Assembly (NCBI GenBank): GCA_963827655.1
Contig: CAWHCF010000016.1
Location: forward strand, 1-45,088
Reading direction: 5' to 3'
DNA length: 45,088 nucleotides
Source of the DNA: an uncultured Acidobacteriota bacterium
GTDB lineage: Bacteria; Acidobacteriota; UBA6911
Shown one piece after another: positions 1 to 9,616 of the stretch. The number at the start of each line of letters is the position of its first letter. Positions within the stretch are counted from its first letter, which is position 1. A program made the position numbers and the translations under genes. A model generated the notes under the pieces. That model worked only from the letters and a program-made list of their open reading frames with translations. It was not told where the DNA came from and did not search any database.

Positions 1-137
1 GACGGGTCTGATGACCCGTCGCAAGTAACGTGATCGGGAGGATTAGCCTAAAAAGTTCTTTTGGTGCACTAGAGGTGGCCGGACGGGCTTGATAGCCCGT
101 CCGCACATGGATCGGGTGAGGTTTGCAACAGTCTCTA
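1..137. repeat. REP-like palindromes, probably the right end of a MITE/REPIN cut by the window edge
   Basis: Hairpins GACGGGTC-TGAT-GACCCGTC (1-20) and GGACGGGCT-TGAT-AGCCCGTCC (81-102) share the TGAT loop. They are followed by GTTTGCAACAGTCTCTA (121-137), which resembles IS5/IS1182-type MITE ends (inference). Confidence 0.55.
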
Positions 138-201
138 ATGACCCGCGCGTCCCTAGGACCAGCAGCGGGGTGTACCTAATAATTCCGCGTCCGCGCGATC
201 C

Positions 202-576
202 CTAACGGGCGGGGGTAATAGGTTCTTCGATAGCGCGGTTGCCGTGGGTGGGCTCGCCGTTCCGTTCTCGGGGAATGCGCAATTCATAGACGCGGTAGGC
301 GTGCGACCTGAAGTAGAAGTTTGCAATCGGATCTGGAAAGTACAACCGGTGCTGTTGAACCGGGGAACCCGGAACATAAGCGTTGGCCACCGGGCTGGGA
401 AACACGCCCAGGTATCCATATCCGGGGTCGTAATATCCCGGATAGTAAGGGGCGTATGGCCCGTAAAACCCGCCTTCAAAGCCTGGCCGGCACCACGCTC
501 CCGAAGCCTCGGCCGGCAGCGGCAAGAAGAATAGAGCAACCAATCCTAAAAGCGCCATTGTGTTTGCTCTCCTCAT
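202..576 (-). CDS. Small secreted Gly/Tyr/Pro-rich hypothetical protein
   Basis: ATG at 576 (MRRANTMALLGLVALFFLPLPAEA, signal-peptide-like ending A-x-A), then GGFYGPYAPYYPGYYDPGYGY low-complexity segment. Confidence 0.6.
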   Translation of the reverse strand: MRRANTMALLGLVALFFLPLPAEASGAWCRPGFEGGFYGPYAPYYPGYYDPGYGYLGVFPSPVANAYVPGSPVQQHRLYFPDPIANFYFRSHAYRVYELRIPRERNGEPTHGNRAIEEPITPAR

Positions 577-697
577 AAACACAGATTCTCTCACTCTGGA
601 ATGCTCGATTCAATACGCAGCTTAGCGTTTCTTCGCGCCTTCGTGGTGGTAGAACCGGCCACTTTGACCGTGCTATCAGCAGAGAAAGGATGCACCG

Positions 698-3600
698 ATG
701 TCCGACGTGGCGCTGCAACTTATCGCCGAAAACAAGAAGACCAGGGTGACCTTCCTGGACCTCGGCAATTGCGGCCTGACCGAAATCCCTGCTGAGATCG
801 GCGAACTTGTCTGGCTGGAGTCCGTGTCGTTAGCAAGCGAGTGGCATGAATGGGACGGGGAAAACTGGCAAGAGAGGAAGAGTCAGAATACCGGCGACAA
901 AAATGAAGGCTTGATCGACCTCGCGCCGCTGGCCGGCCTCGACCAATCTGCAAACGCTTTACTGTCTCGAGCACGCAGGTCGCCGACCTCGCACCGCTGG
1001 CCGGCCTCACCAATCTGCAAACGCTAGATGTCTCGCGCACGCAGGTCGCCGACCTCGCGCCGCTGGCCCGCCTCACCAATCTGCAAACGCTAAATGTCTC
1101 GAGCACGCAGGTCGCCGACCTCGCACCGCTGGCCCGCCTCACCAATCTGCAAACGCTAAATGTCTCGAGCACGCAGGTCGCCGACCTCGCACCGCTGGCC
1201 GGCCTCACCAATCTGCAAACGCTAGATGTCTCGAGCACGAAGGTCGCCGACCTCGCACCGCTGGCCGGCCTCACCAATCTGCAAACGCTAGATGTCTCGG
1301 ACACGCAGGTCGCCGACCTCGCACCGCTGGCCGGCCTGACCAATCTGCAAACGCTAAATGTCTCGTTCACGCAGGTCGCCAACCTCGCACCGCTGGCCGG
1401 CCTCACCAATCTGCAAACGCTAGATGTCTCGGTCACGCAGGTCGCCAACCTCGCACCCCTGGCCGGCCTCACCAATCTGCAAACGCTAACGGTCTCGGGC
1501 ACGCAGGTCGCCGACCTCGCACCCTGGCCGGCCTCACCAATCTGCAAACGCTAAATGTCTCGGGCACGCAGGTCGCCAACCTCGCACCGCTGGCCGGCCT
1601 GACCAATCTGCAAACGCTAACGGTCTCGGGCACGCAGGTCGCCGACCTCGCACCGCTGGCCGGCCTCACCAATCTGCAAACGCTAGATGTCTCGGGCACG
1701 CAGGTCGCCGACCTCTCCTCGTTGCGCTCCTTGATCAGCCAGGGTTGCCCAGTGCGCTGGAGCTCAAAGTCATGGGAAGGCCGTGGCATCTACGTCGAAG
1801 GCTGCCCGCTCATCAATCCGCCTGCCGAGATCGTCAATCAGGGCAACGATGCCATCCTCAATTACTTCCGCGAGCGGGAGTTGGGTGATGTAGACCATCT
1901 GTATGAAGCCAAGATGCTAATCCTGGGCGAGGGCGGCGCCGGCAAGACCAGTCTGTTGCGGCGTTTGTACCAGCCGGACCAGCCGCTGCCCACGGAACAG
2001 GAGACCACCAAGGGCATCTCGATATACCGGCACGAGTTTTCACTGAAGAACGGACGGCGCTTTCGCCTTAACGTCTGGGACTTCGGCGGGCAGGAGATCT
2101 ACCACGCCACCCACCAGTTCTTTCTGACCCGACGCTCGCTCTATCTGCTGCTGGATGACACCCGCAAGGACCACAAATCCGTATCAGACGAGGGGTTTAA
2201 GTATTGGCTGGAGTTAATCGATCTATTCGGCGGCCACAGCTCGGTGTTGATTTTCCAGAACGAGAAGGGTGGTCGAAGCAAGGCCATCGACCTCGCCGGC
2301 ATCAAGGGCCGGTACGACAACGTGAAGGAACTCTATGCCGGCAATCTGGAGCATAGCAACGCAGCAGACCAATTGCGCCATGGCATCGAGTTTTACGCCA
2401 GTAATCTCAGCCACATCGGCGAGCAATTGCCCGTCCGCTGGATCAAGGTGCGGGCGGACATCGAGGAACGCGCTGGCGAGGTGCCGTACATCACACAACA
2501 AGAGTATTTCGATATCTACCGTCGGCACATGGAGTTTGACCGATCCAAAGCGTTGCATCTGAGCCGGTACCTGCACGACCTTGGGCGTGTTCCTGCATTT
2601 CCAGGATGACCCGCTGCTAGCCCGCACTGTCATCCTGCAAAACACCTGGGCCACCGAGGCCGTGTTCCGGATCCTGGACGACGAGACCGTAAAGGCTCAG
2701 CTCGGCCGTTTCAACAGTGTCGATTGCGAGCGCCTGTGGCGAGATTCCGTGTACGCCGACATGCACCCCGAGCTGCTGGCGCTGATGCAGCGCTTCGAAC
2801 TTTGTTACGCGTTGGCGGACAGCCAGCCGCAGACCTGGCTCGCTCCGCAACTGCTGCCGCCTGCCAAACCTATTGCGCTTTCCGACTGGGGCAAGCCCGA
2901 GGATCTGGTGCTGCGTTATCACTATGACTTCATGCCCAAGGGCATAATCAGCCGGCTGACCGTCCGGCTGCATCGTTTTGTACGCAACCCGGAGATGGCC
3001 TGGGTTACCGGCGTGCTGTTCGAGCGCGAGGCCACGGCGGTCCTGGTGGAATTGTTGGCGAGCGGCAGCGACATCGAACTGCGCGCCCGTGGGCCGGAAC
3101 GTAAGGCGCTGCTCAGCGTCATCACCGCGGATCTCGATGCCCTGAACGAGTCCTTCCAGGGCCTGCCCGACAAGGTTGACAAACGTATCCCCTGCAACTG
3201 CAAACGCTGCCGCACGGTATCTGTGCCTCAGTTCTTCGCACAAAAGAACCTGCTCAAGCGCAAGGAGGACAACCGCTTGAAAGTGGAATGCCCCAGCAGC
3301 TATGAAGACGTGGACGTGCTGGAGCTGCTGGACGGCATACGCGTGGAGAAGCTGCCGGGCTGGGCGAAAGAGGAAAATCCCGCAGGCCGCACCGCACGAT
3401 TCGTATCTTTCTCGCGTCCTCCGCCGAGCTACGGGAAGACCGGGACGCATTCGACCTCTACTTCCGCCAGCAGAACGATCAGTTCCTCAAAAAGGGGCTC
3501 TATCTGGAGATCGTTCGCTGGGAGAACTTTCTCGACGCCATGTCCGAAACCCGCTTGCAGGACGAGTACAACAAGGCCGTGCGTGCCTGCGATATCTTTG

Positions 3601-3869
3601 TGAGCCTGTTCTTTACCAAGACCGGCAAGTTCACCGAGGAAGAGTTCGATACTGCGCACCGCCAGTTCAAGGAAACCGGCAAGCCCGCGCATTTACACCT
3701 TCTTCAAGAATGCTGACATCAAGACCGGCAGCGCGCGGAGGAAGACCTCAATTCGCTATGGGCATTTCAAGAAAAGCTGGACAAGCTCGGGCACTTCTAC
3801 ACCAAGTACGACAACATCGAACACCTGAAGCGCCAGTTCCGCGACCAGCTTGACAAGCTGCTGGGGTAA
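698..3869 (+). CDS. Roco protein: LRR - Roc GTPase - COR - Cys-rich segment - TIR-like/DUF4062 domain (about 6-7 frameshifts as assembled)
   Basis: N-cap FLDLGNCGLTEIPAEIGEL; 12 x 22-aa LRR; P-loop GEGGAGKTS, switch TTKGI, G3 VWDFGGQE; COR (YLHDLG/VFLHF...WATEAV); CNCKRC...CP; C-terminal IRIFLASSAELREDRD...CDIFVSLFFTKTGKFTEEEF; stop TAA 3867-3869. Indels near 941/965, 1523, 2581, 3390, 3690 and 3740. Confidence 0.85.
917..1709 (+). repeat. 12 tandem 66-bp coding repeats (LRR unit DLAPLAGLTNLQTL[D/N/T/Y]VS[S/R/D/F/V/G]TQVA)
   Basis: Units start at 917, 985, 1051, 1117, 1183, 1249, 1315, 1381, 1447, 1513, 1578 and 1644; near-identical DNA. Confidence 0.95.
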
Positions 3870-3940
3870 CACGACTGACCGTCAGTTACACGGCGCGTAA
3901 TAGGGGAGGTAACAAGTTTTCCATTGAGGGGAGCAGAGGC

Positions 3941-4918
3941 TTATGGCCGGTTCGCGACCGCACGACAAGACGCCCGCCTTTCCGGCCGTTGAACCCATCG
4001 AGCGGCACGGCGGCTCTCCGCCGGCAGCCGGACCTGGCGCGAGGCTTCCGTGAGCGTCCACCGCGACGGCGTGATCAGCAGGATCTCGGCCAGACCATAG
4101 GGCAGCACCTGCTCGGACCATGACCGCTTGGGTCGCTCCATGGCGAACTGCAAGCACACCGCCATCCCGAGCGCCAGCCGCTCGCTCACGAAGCCCATCA
4201 GCTCTCGCTCCTCCGCGGGCGTGACCCGACGCTGCTCAAGCGGGTACCCCCGGAAGTCTCCAGCGTGGATGTTCTCTACTGGGCCGTTGCGCCAAGCCGT
4301 GTTCACGAGCGCGTTGGCAAGGATGCGGCTCGGGCGACACTCGGTGTTGGCGCGCATGCGCTCGAGTCGCGTGGCGTCGGCTGCCTGGACCACGCGCGCC
4401 GCCATCTCGGGGTCGGCGAGGGCCGCGAATTCCGTGACCTTGGGCTTCGAGGTCTTCTTCGGCATCGGCAGGTAGCAGACGGCCCGGTCCACGAGCTGCG
4501 TGTAGAGCCGTCCGCCCGGGTCGGCACGGTAGAGGTCGATCCACTCCGCCAACGCTGCCGAGGCCTCAATGTTGATGCGCGCCATTTCTTCGTCGCTGAT
4601 GCGGCTCGTGCTCGCCGTGTGGACCTCGGGCCAGATGGGCTTGTTTCGGTCGAGGAGCACGGCGAGGTAGGAGCCCCAACGGAGGCACAGCGCCGCAACG
4701 GCAACGCCCTCACGACCGACCATCGAGCCGGAGGGATGCTTGGAGGGATCCGGCTTCGCCCGCAGGTAGGCGAGCACCTGGTGGAAGAGCGTGGTCTCCG
4801 GCGGGCGGATGAGCAGCTCCGGACCGTGCGGACCTGAGACTTTCTCGCAGGTCCCCGCGTCGAGCACCAGCTCGTCGTTGACGCGCACATGGAGTCGGTC
4901 GCCCGTGCTCACGTTCAT
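3941..4918 (-). CDS. Hypothetical protein
   Basis: Long ORF with ATG at 4918 after purine-rich GAGGAGTGAGAGGG; co-oriented with the upstream 112-aa gene; no recognised motif. Confidence 0.7.
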   Translation of the reverse strand: MNVSTGDRLHVRVNDELVLDAGTCEKVSGPHGPELLIRPPETTLFHQVLAYLRAKPDPSKHPSGSMVGREGVAVAALCLRWGSYLAVLLDRNKPIWPEVHTASTSRISDEEMARINIEASAALAEWIDLYRADPGGRLYTQLVDRAVCYLPMPKKTSKPKVTEFAALADPEMAARVVQAADATRLERMRANTECRPSRILANALVNTAWRNGPVENIHAGDFRGYPLEQRRVTPAEERELMGFVSERLALGMAVCLQFAMERPKRSWSEQVLPYGLAEILLITPSRWTLTEASRQVRLPAESRRAARWVQRPERRASCRAVANRP

Positions 4919-4954
4919 CCCTCTCACTCCTCGTTCGACAACTGGGTGACGCCT

Positions 4955-5293
4955 TCACCTCCCGAGGTCGGCTATCAGCTTCGACTTCCGCTCTTCCAAC
5001 GCGGCGATCTGGGTCTTCAGCCGCTTAAGCTCCCGGTTGATGCATGCCAGCTCCGTCTTCTTCTTTTGATCCTTCAGGTGGTTGGCCCCGTGCCTCTTCT
5101 TGACCAGCGTTTCGACCTCTCGACGGAGGAGCCGCAGGAAGGGGTTCCCGTAGACCGAGTTTAACCGGTATTGAAGCTTGCCACCCCGGATGGCTTGGAC
5201 GATCTCGTCCTGCGTCAGTCCGAACTCCTTCCGTGCCGTCTTGTCGCTGAGGGTCGCTCCCTTGCGCTGCCACTCGGAATCAAGGTCGTCCAT
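4955..5293 (-). CDS. Small basic hypothetical protein with a putative DNA-binding (MerR/Xis/XPA-C-like) region and C-terminal coiled coil
   Basis: TLSDKTARKEFGLTQDEIVQAIRGGKL helix-turn-helix-like pattern; heptad tail LACINRELKRLKTQIAALEERKSKL. Confidence 0.7.
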   Translation of the reverse strand: MDDLDSEWQRKGATLSDKTARKEFGLTQDEIVQAIRGGKLQYRLNSVYGNPFLRLLRREVETLVKKRHGANHLKDQKKKTELACINRELKRLKTQIAALEERKSKLIADLGR

Positions 5294-5474
5294 AGATCCG
5301 CTCTCGTCTACACAGCGTTGGTTTGACGAGTCACCGCCAGAAGCGTTGGCCCGTTCACCTCAGAGTGCGGCCGGCTCTCGGGGACGTCGGGAAGGCCGGC
5401 AAAGATGGATGGCCTCCGTCCGGTGGTTCACGTAGCCCTTCTTCGCGTCTTCGCGCCTTCGCGGTTGATGCTGT

Positions 5475-7859
5475 TTACCGAAGATTGAACCGAAGCTTGA
5501 GCGCCATGGTGAGGGGAGCGCCGAAATGCGTCCCGCTGAAGGGATTGCCAAAGTTCAGCGCGTACGCCTGGTTGGTCAGGTTGAGGATCTCCAGCCTGGC
5601 GCTCACTTCGAGCCGGTCCCTACGAACCAGAGTTTTTCCTGCCATCACATCAAAGAGGGTTCGTGGCTTAACCCGGCCACGGTCGAAGTTCACCAGATCA
5701 GATCCGGGCCGCTCCATGAGTTCGTCGAGTTCTTCATCTCCCACCTCCAAGGGTGTGCCGCTCTCGTGCCTGCCGGTGAACGAAAACCAGAAACCCGACG
5801 CCGCGTGCTCGTAGGTCGCTCCCGCGGCCCCCACGTTGCGCTGGTCGTGATCGGGAGTGAACGGAGTGCCTGGACCAATGTCGATGATTTCGTCCTCGAG
5901 AAACAATCCCCCGTTGATAGGACCGTACTGCACCACCCGGCTATTCGAATAGCTCAGAAAACCGGACCAGCCCCGGCGGCGCGGAACTTCCAGACGCAGG
6001 TCCACACCTGCGGCCCGGCCGCTCGCGACGCTGTTGGGAAAAATGATCGTGGTCCCGAAGAAAACATTCGGGTCGCCATAGTTTTTCACCCGTCTCCGCC
6101 AGTAGGCGACATCGAACGACACGGCATCCCCGATCCATTGTTCGGCGCCCAACTCGAAGGCGGTCTGCCGCTCGGCTCTCAGTTCGGCTCCCCCGGCGCC
6201 AAGATCCTCAATGAACGGAGAAAGCGCCTGCGCTTCCGGCGATGAAGAGAGGAGAAGGTATTCCGCCTGGGGAGGCTGGAAAAAGCGGTTGAGGGAAGAC
6301 CTGAGCGTCGTGCGGGTACCCTCCCATGTGTAGGAGATGCCGAGTCGCGGGCTCCACTGATTCTCGGACACGAGCAGGCTGTTGCGGTCGAAACGAACAC
6401 CGAGGTCCAGGGTAAGGCCGCGCAGCGGCCGAAACGAATCCTGCAAATAGAAGGACCACTGAGGACGGCTGACGCTGTCGCGAAAAACGAAAGGGCTGTC
6501 CGGGGTAAACTCCAAGGCCTCCGGACTGAGTCCGGCCTCCTCGCCTTCCTCTTCGTCGGTCACGGCAAAGCTGAAGAACTCCCTCAGACCTATGCGGGAC
6601 ATCTCGGTTCCCGCTTTGAAAACGTGCTCCCGCCACTGATGGGTGACGCTGGCAATAAATCCCCAGCGGCTCAGGCTGCGGTCCGAGTCGGCAAAGAGGG
6701 GAGTATCTGAAGAACTCCCTCGCAATCCGCCTCGAGTCACTCTTCGGAATGCAGCCATTTGAGAAACCGTTCGACTCGTCCAGAAGCGCTGCCATGAGAG
6801 CGACTGGTAATTCTGCTCGACCAACTGGCGTTGATCCTGGCCTGCTGCTTCCTGCGTCTCCCCGTGCGTGACGTCATACCCTGACCAGCCATAGCCCCCT
6901 CCCGCCGTCACCCAATCCTGCGGGGAAGGGTTCCAACTCAGCTGAAGGGCCCCACTCCGCATAGCGCCCTCATTATGAAAATTTGACGGGTGCACCGGAT
7001 CCAAAAACCGGCCGGATTCCTCACCGGCAAAGCTGAGTGAGAGAGCGATATTCCTGGTCAAAGGGCCCAAGGCAATTGCCGAAACCTCGCGTGTCGCATA
7101 GCTCCCGAGTCCCAGATCAAAAGTGCCCGACCAGGAGTCTCGGAGGCCCGCCTCCGAACGGACTTCGACAACGCCTCCGGATTTGAAGCCGAACTCGGGC
7201 GGGATATACCCGGTTAATACGTTGATTGAAGTCATGGTCGAAAGACCGGGAGCAACACCAAACAATGTGTCGATGCGATCGTAGATCGGCAGGCCGTCCT
7301 GAACGTAGAGTATGCCGTCGTCAACTCCCCGGTGATGCACCAGGCCGCTATCTTCGGTGCTGAATCCGGGCAGAGTTGCCACCGCGGCCTGAAGACCGCG
7401 GCTCTGGATGTGTACGGGGGATCGACGCACCGATTCGCCCGCAAGCGAGAACCGTTTTGTCACTGCCGGGACATCAGGGCTATCAGTTACGATGAGTTTC
7501 TCGTCCAGCCGGGTCGCAAGCCGGATCTCCGTCTCTATGGGAAGCGCGCTATTGACCGTGAGCCGGCGCGCGGGAGACCGCAGTTGCGCAGTTTCGGCTT
7601 GCAGGCTGTAGGTCCCGCGAGCCACCCCCTGGAAGAGAAAGATCCCGAGCGCGTCGGTGGTCGTGGAAGCGACGGCGTTTCCCAGCGGGTCCAGCAGACG
7701 AACCGTGGCTTCCGGCACCGGCTGGCCGTCAGGTCGGAGAGCAGTCCCGCGGACCGTGGTGAGCTGAAGCTGAGCCCAGGCTATTTGAGTCAGGCAAAGC
7801 CAGACCAGTCCGCCGATGCATTTCAACATCAATGGCTGCCTGAATCCTGGGACGTTCAT
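5475..7859 (-). CDS. TonB-dependent receptor with N-terminal carboxypeptidase-regulatory-like domain
   Basis: Signal peptide (CIGGLVWLCLTQIAWAQ), VRGTALRPDGQPVPEATV...GTYSL, plug motif IPPEFGFKSGGVV, YLQDSF...TLDLGVRFD, beta-barrel-type C-terminus LKLRFNLR. Start at 7859 or 7829; the ORF extension to 8144 is not believed. Confidence 0.9.
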   Translation of the reverse strand: MNVPGFRQPLMLKCIGGLVWLCLTQIAWAQLQLTTVRGTALRPDGQPVPEATVRLLDPLGNAVASTTTDALGIFLFQGVARGTYSLQAETAQLRSPARRLTVNSALPIETEIRLATRLDEKLIVTDSPDVPAVTKRFSLAGESVRRSPVHIQSRGLQAAVATLPGFSTEDSGLVHHRGVDDGILYVQDGLPIYDRIDTLFGVAPGLSTMTSINVLTGYIPPEFGFKSGGVVEVRSEAGLRDSWSGTFDLGLGSYATREVSAIALGPLTRNIALSLSFAGEESGRFLDPVHPSNFHNEGAMRSGALQLSWNPSPQDWVTAGGGYGWSGYDVTHGETQEAAGQDQRQLVEQNYQSLSWQRFWTSRTVSQMAAFRRVTRGGLRGSSSDTPLFADSDRSLSRWGFIASVTHQWREHVFKAGTEMSRIGLREFFSFAVTDEEEGEEAGLSPEALEFTPDSPFVFRDSVSRPQWSFYLQDSFRPLRGLTLDLGVRFDRNSLLVSENQWSPRLGISYTWEGTRTTLRSSLNRFFQPPQAEYLLLSSSPEAQALSPFIEDLGAGGAELRAERQTAFELGAEQWIGDAVSFDVAYWRRRVKNYGDPNVFFGTTIIFPNSVASGRAAGVDLRLEVPRRRGWSGFLSYSNSRVVQYGPINGGLFLEDEIIDIGPGTPFTPDHDQRNVGAAGATYEHAASGFWFSFTGRHESGTPLEVGDEELDELMERPGSDLVNFDRGRVKPRTLFDVMAGKTLVRRDRLEVSARLEILNLTNQAYALNFGNPFSGTHFGAPLTMALKLRFNLR

Positions 7860-8043
7860 TGCTTGGCGCATTCTAACGCACCCACCGCCGAGACGCGAAG
7901 AAACACGGGGGGTAAGGTTTCGTGGGCCCCAAAATGCGCTATTGTATTTGCGCAATTCTACGGTTCCGGCCGCGCGCCAAACGCGCGGGCCGCTGAACCG
8001 CCAAATCGTCAGGCTTTTGCCATCATGAGGGTTCTTCATCGCC

Positions 8044-9444
8044 ATGGACATCCGGTCGGACCGATTCCGAATTCCGGCGACACGCTGGACCCTGGTCGCA
8101 TACTGCTTGATGGTTCTGGCCACGGTTGCCGCCTTCATGCTCATTCGCAGCCACGGCGAAACGCTCGTCGCCCCGTCGGCTCCTGGAGATCAGTCGTTTG
8201 CTGGCACAACCACCAGGCCGTCTGATGTGCTATTGCACGTCCTTGTGGCGCTCGCAGCAGTCATCATTACCGGCCAAGCCTTCGCCCGACTGTTTGCCTA
8301 TGCAGGTCAGCCTCCGGTCATCGGCGAAGTGGTTGCCGGCATTTTTCTGGGACCCTCGTTGTTGGGGTCGAAGCTGTCGGCCTTCATCCTCCCACCCTCG
8401 GTCGCTCCCTTCCTGGGCGTCATTGCTCACCTAGGTGTGATCCTGTACATGTTCCTGATCGGGCTCGACCTCAACCTCGGGCGGCTCAGGCAGCGTTCTC
8501 ACGCGACCGTGGCAACTTCGCACGCGAGCATCCTGGCTCCTTTTCTCCTGGGCGCCGTGGCGTCATTGGGCTTGTACCCGCGCCTGTCCAACAGCAACGT
8601 GCCGTTCACCAGCTTTGCTCTTTTCATGGCCGTGGCGATGTCGATCACTGCCTTCCCCGTGCTGGCCAGAATCCTGACGGACCGCGACATGGCCCGCACC
8701 GAGTTGGGAGTGATCGCTCTGAGCTGTGCGGCCATCGATGACGTGACGGCCTGGTGCCTGCTGGCGTTTGTCGTCGGCGTGGCCAAGGCCGAGGTCGGTG
8801 AGGGCTTTTTGGTCGCGGCGGGGGCCCTCGCCTATATCGCTTTCATGTTTCTGGTCGCCCGGCCGGCGCTGCGACGCCTCATGCAACGGCGGAAAGAAGA
8901 GCAGCTCTCGCGCGCCACGGTCGCGCTGGTCTTGTTCGCGCTGTTTCTGTCCGCCCTTGCCACCGAGGCCATCGGCATCCACGCCATCTTCGGGGCATTC
9001 TTGTTCGGGGCCATAATCCCTCGTGACAGCGCCGTCGTCCGATTCTTTCCGCACCATTTGGAGCACCTGGTCGCCGCGGTCCTCCTGCCGGCCTTCTTTG
9101 CTTTCACGGGCATGCGAACCCGGATCGACCTGGTATCGGGCTGGGACCAGTGGCTGATGTGCGGGGTGATCATTCTGCTGGCCACGCTGGGAAAGTTCGG
9201 CGGCACGCTGGCGGCGGCCTACCTGACAGGGCTTTCGTGGCGCGACGCAGCTATTCTGGGGACGCTGATGAACACTCGTGGTCTCATGGAGCTCGTCGTC
9301 CTCAACGTCGGGCTGGATCTTGGGATCATCTCGCCCACGCTGTTTGCCATGATGGTGTTGATGGCGCTGGTAACCACTATAGTAACTTCTCCCGTGTTGG
9401 GGCTTCTGAAGCCACCGACGGCTGCAGCCGACGGCAGTGGTTAG
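8044..9444 (+). CDS. CPA2-family cation:proton antiporter (Kef/CHX-like)
   Basis: GQPPVIGEVVAGIFLGPSLLG, MSITAFPVLARIL, AAIDDV, LMNTRGLMEL motifs; many hydrophobic TM segments. Confidence 0.93.
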   Translation: MDIRSDRFRIPATRWTLVAYCLMVLATVAAFMLIRSHGETLVAPSAPGDQSFAGTTTRPSDVLLHVLVALAAVIITGQAFARLFAYAGQPPVIGEVVAGIFLGPSLLGSKLSAFILPPSVAPFLGVIAHLGVILYMFLIGLDLNLGRLRQRSHATVATSHASILAPFLLGAVASLGLYPRLSNSNVPFTSFALFMAVAMSITAFPVLARILTDRDMARTELGVIALSCAAIDDVTAWCLLAFVVGVAKAEVGEGFLVAAGALAYIAFMFLVARPALRRLMQRRKEEQLSRATVALVLFALFLSALATEAIGIHAIFGAFLFGAIIPRDSAVVRFFPHHLEHLVAAVLLPAFFAFTGMRTRIDLVSGWDQWLMCGVIILLATLGKFGGTLAAAYLTGLSWRDAAILGTLMNTRGLMELVVLNVGLDLGIISPTLFAMMVLMALVTTIVTSPVLGLLKPPTAAADGSG

Positions 9445-9481
9445 GCCATTATGTCCGAGCTTATGAGAATTTTGTTCACAT

Positions 9482-9536
9482 TAGAAGCCAGAAGTCAGAA
9501 GTCAGGAGCAAGAAGTTTTCTGACTCCTGGCTTCTA
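9482..9536. repeat. Heptamer-based inverted repeat between convergent genes (possible terminator)
   Basis: TAGAAGCCAGAAGTCAGAA (9482-9500) pairs with TTCTGACTCCTGGCTTCTA (9518-9536), one mismatch; built of CAGAAGT-like 7-mers. Confidence 0.75.
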
Positions 9537-9616
9537 GCCCGCTGCTTTTGGCGGGATATCAAGGGCGCAGCCCTTGCCTGGTTAGTAATGTTTCTTCGTG
9601 TCGCGTCTTCGTGGTA

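Noticed and set aside
917-1709. Possible CRISPR array
   Set aside because: Units are 66 bp with no unique spacers and translate as in-frame LRRs; no cas genes.
917-1709. Diversity-generating retroelement
   Set aside because: No reverse transcriptase or separate template repeat in the window, and ACG at site 1 does not fit A-only mutagenesis of AAY. Kept only as a hypothesis.
720-1789. Cys-rich repetitive minus-strand ORFs (720-1547, 1469-1789)
   Set aside because: Antisense shadows of the LRR repeats.
3870-5436. attC sites around the two hypothetical genes
   Set aside because: No convincing RYYYAAC...GTTRRRY palindromic pair found.
7860-8144. N-terminal extension of the 889-aa TonB receptor ORF
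   Set aside because: Overlaps the antiporter start and precedes the signal peptide; the real start is about 7829-7859.
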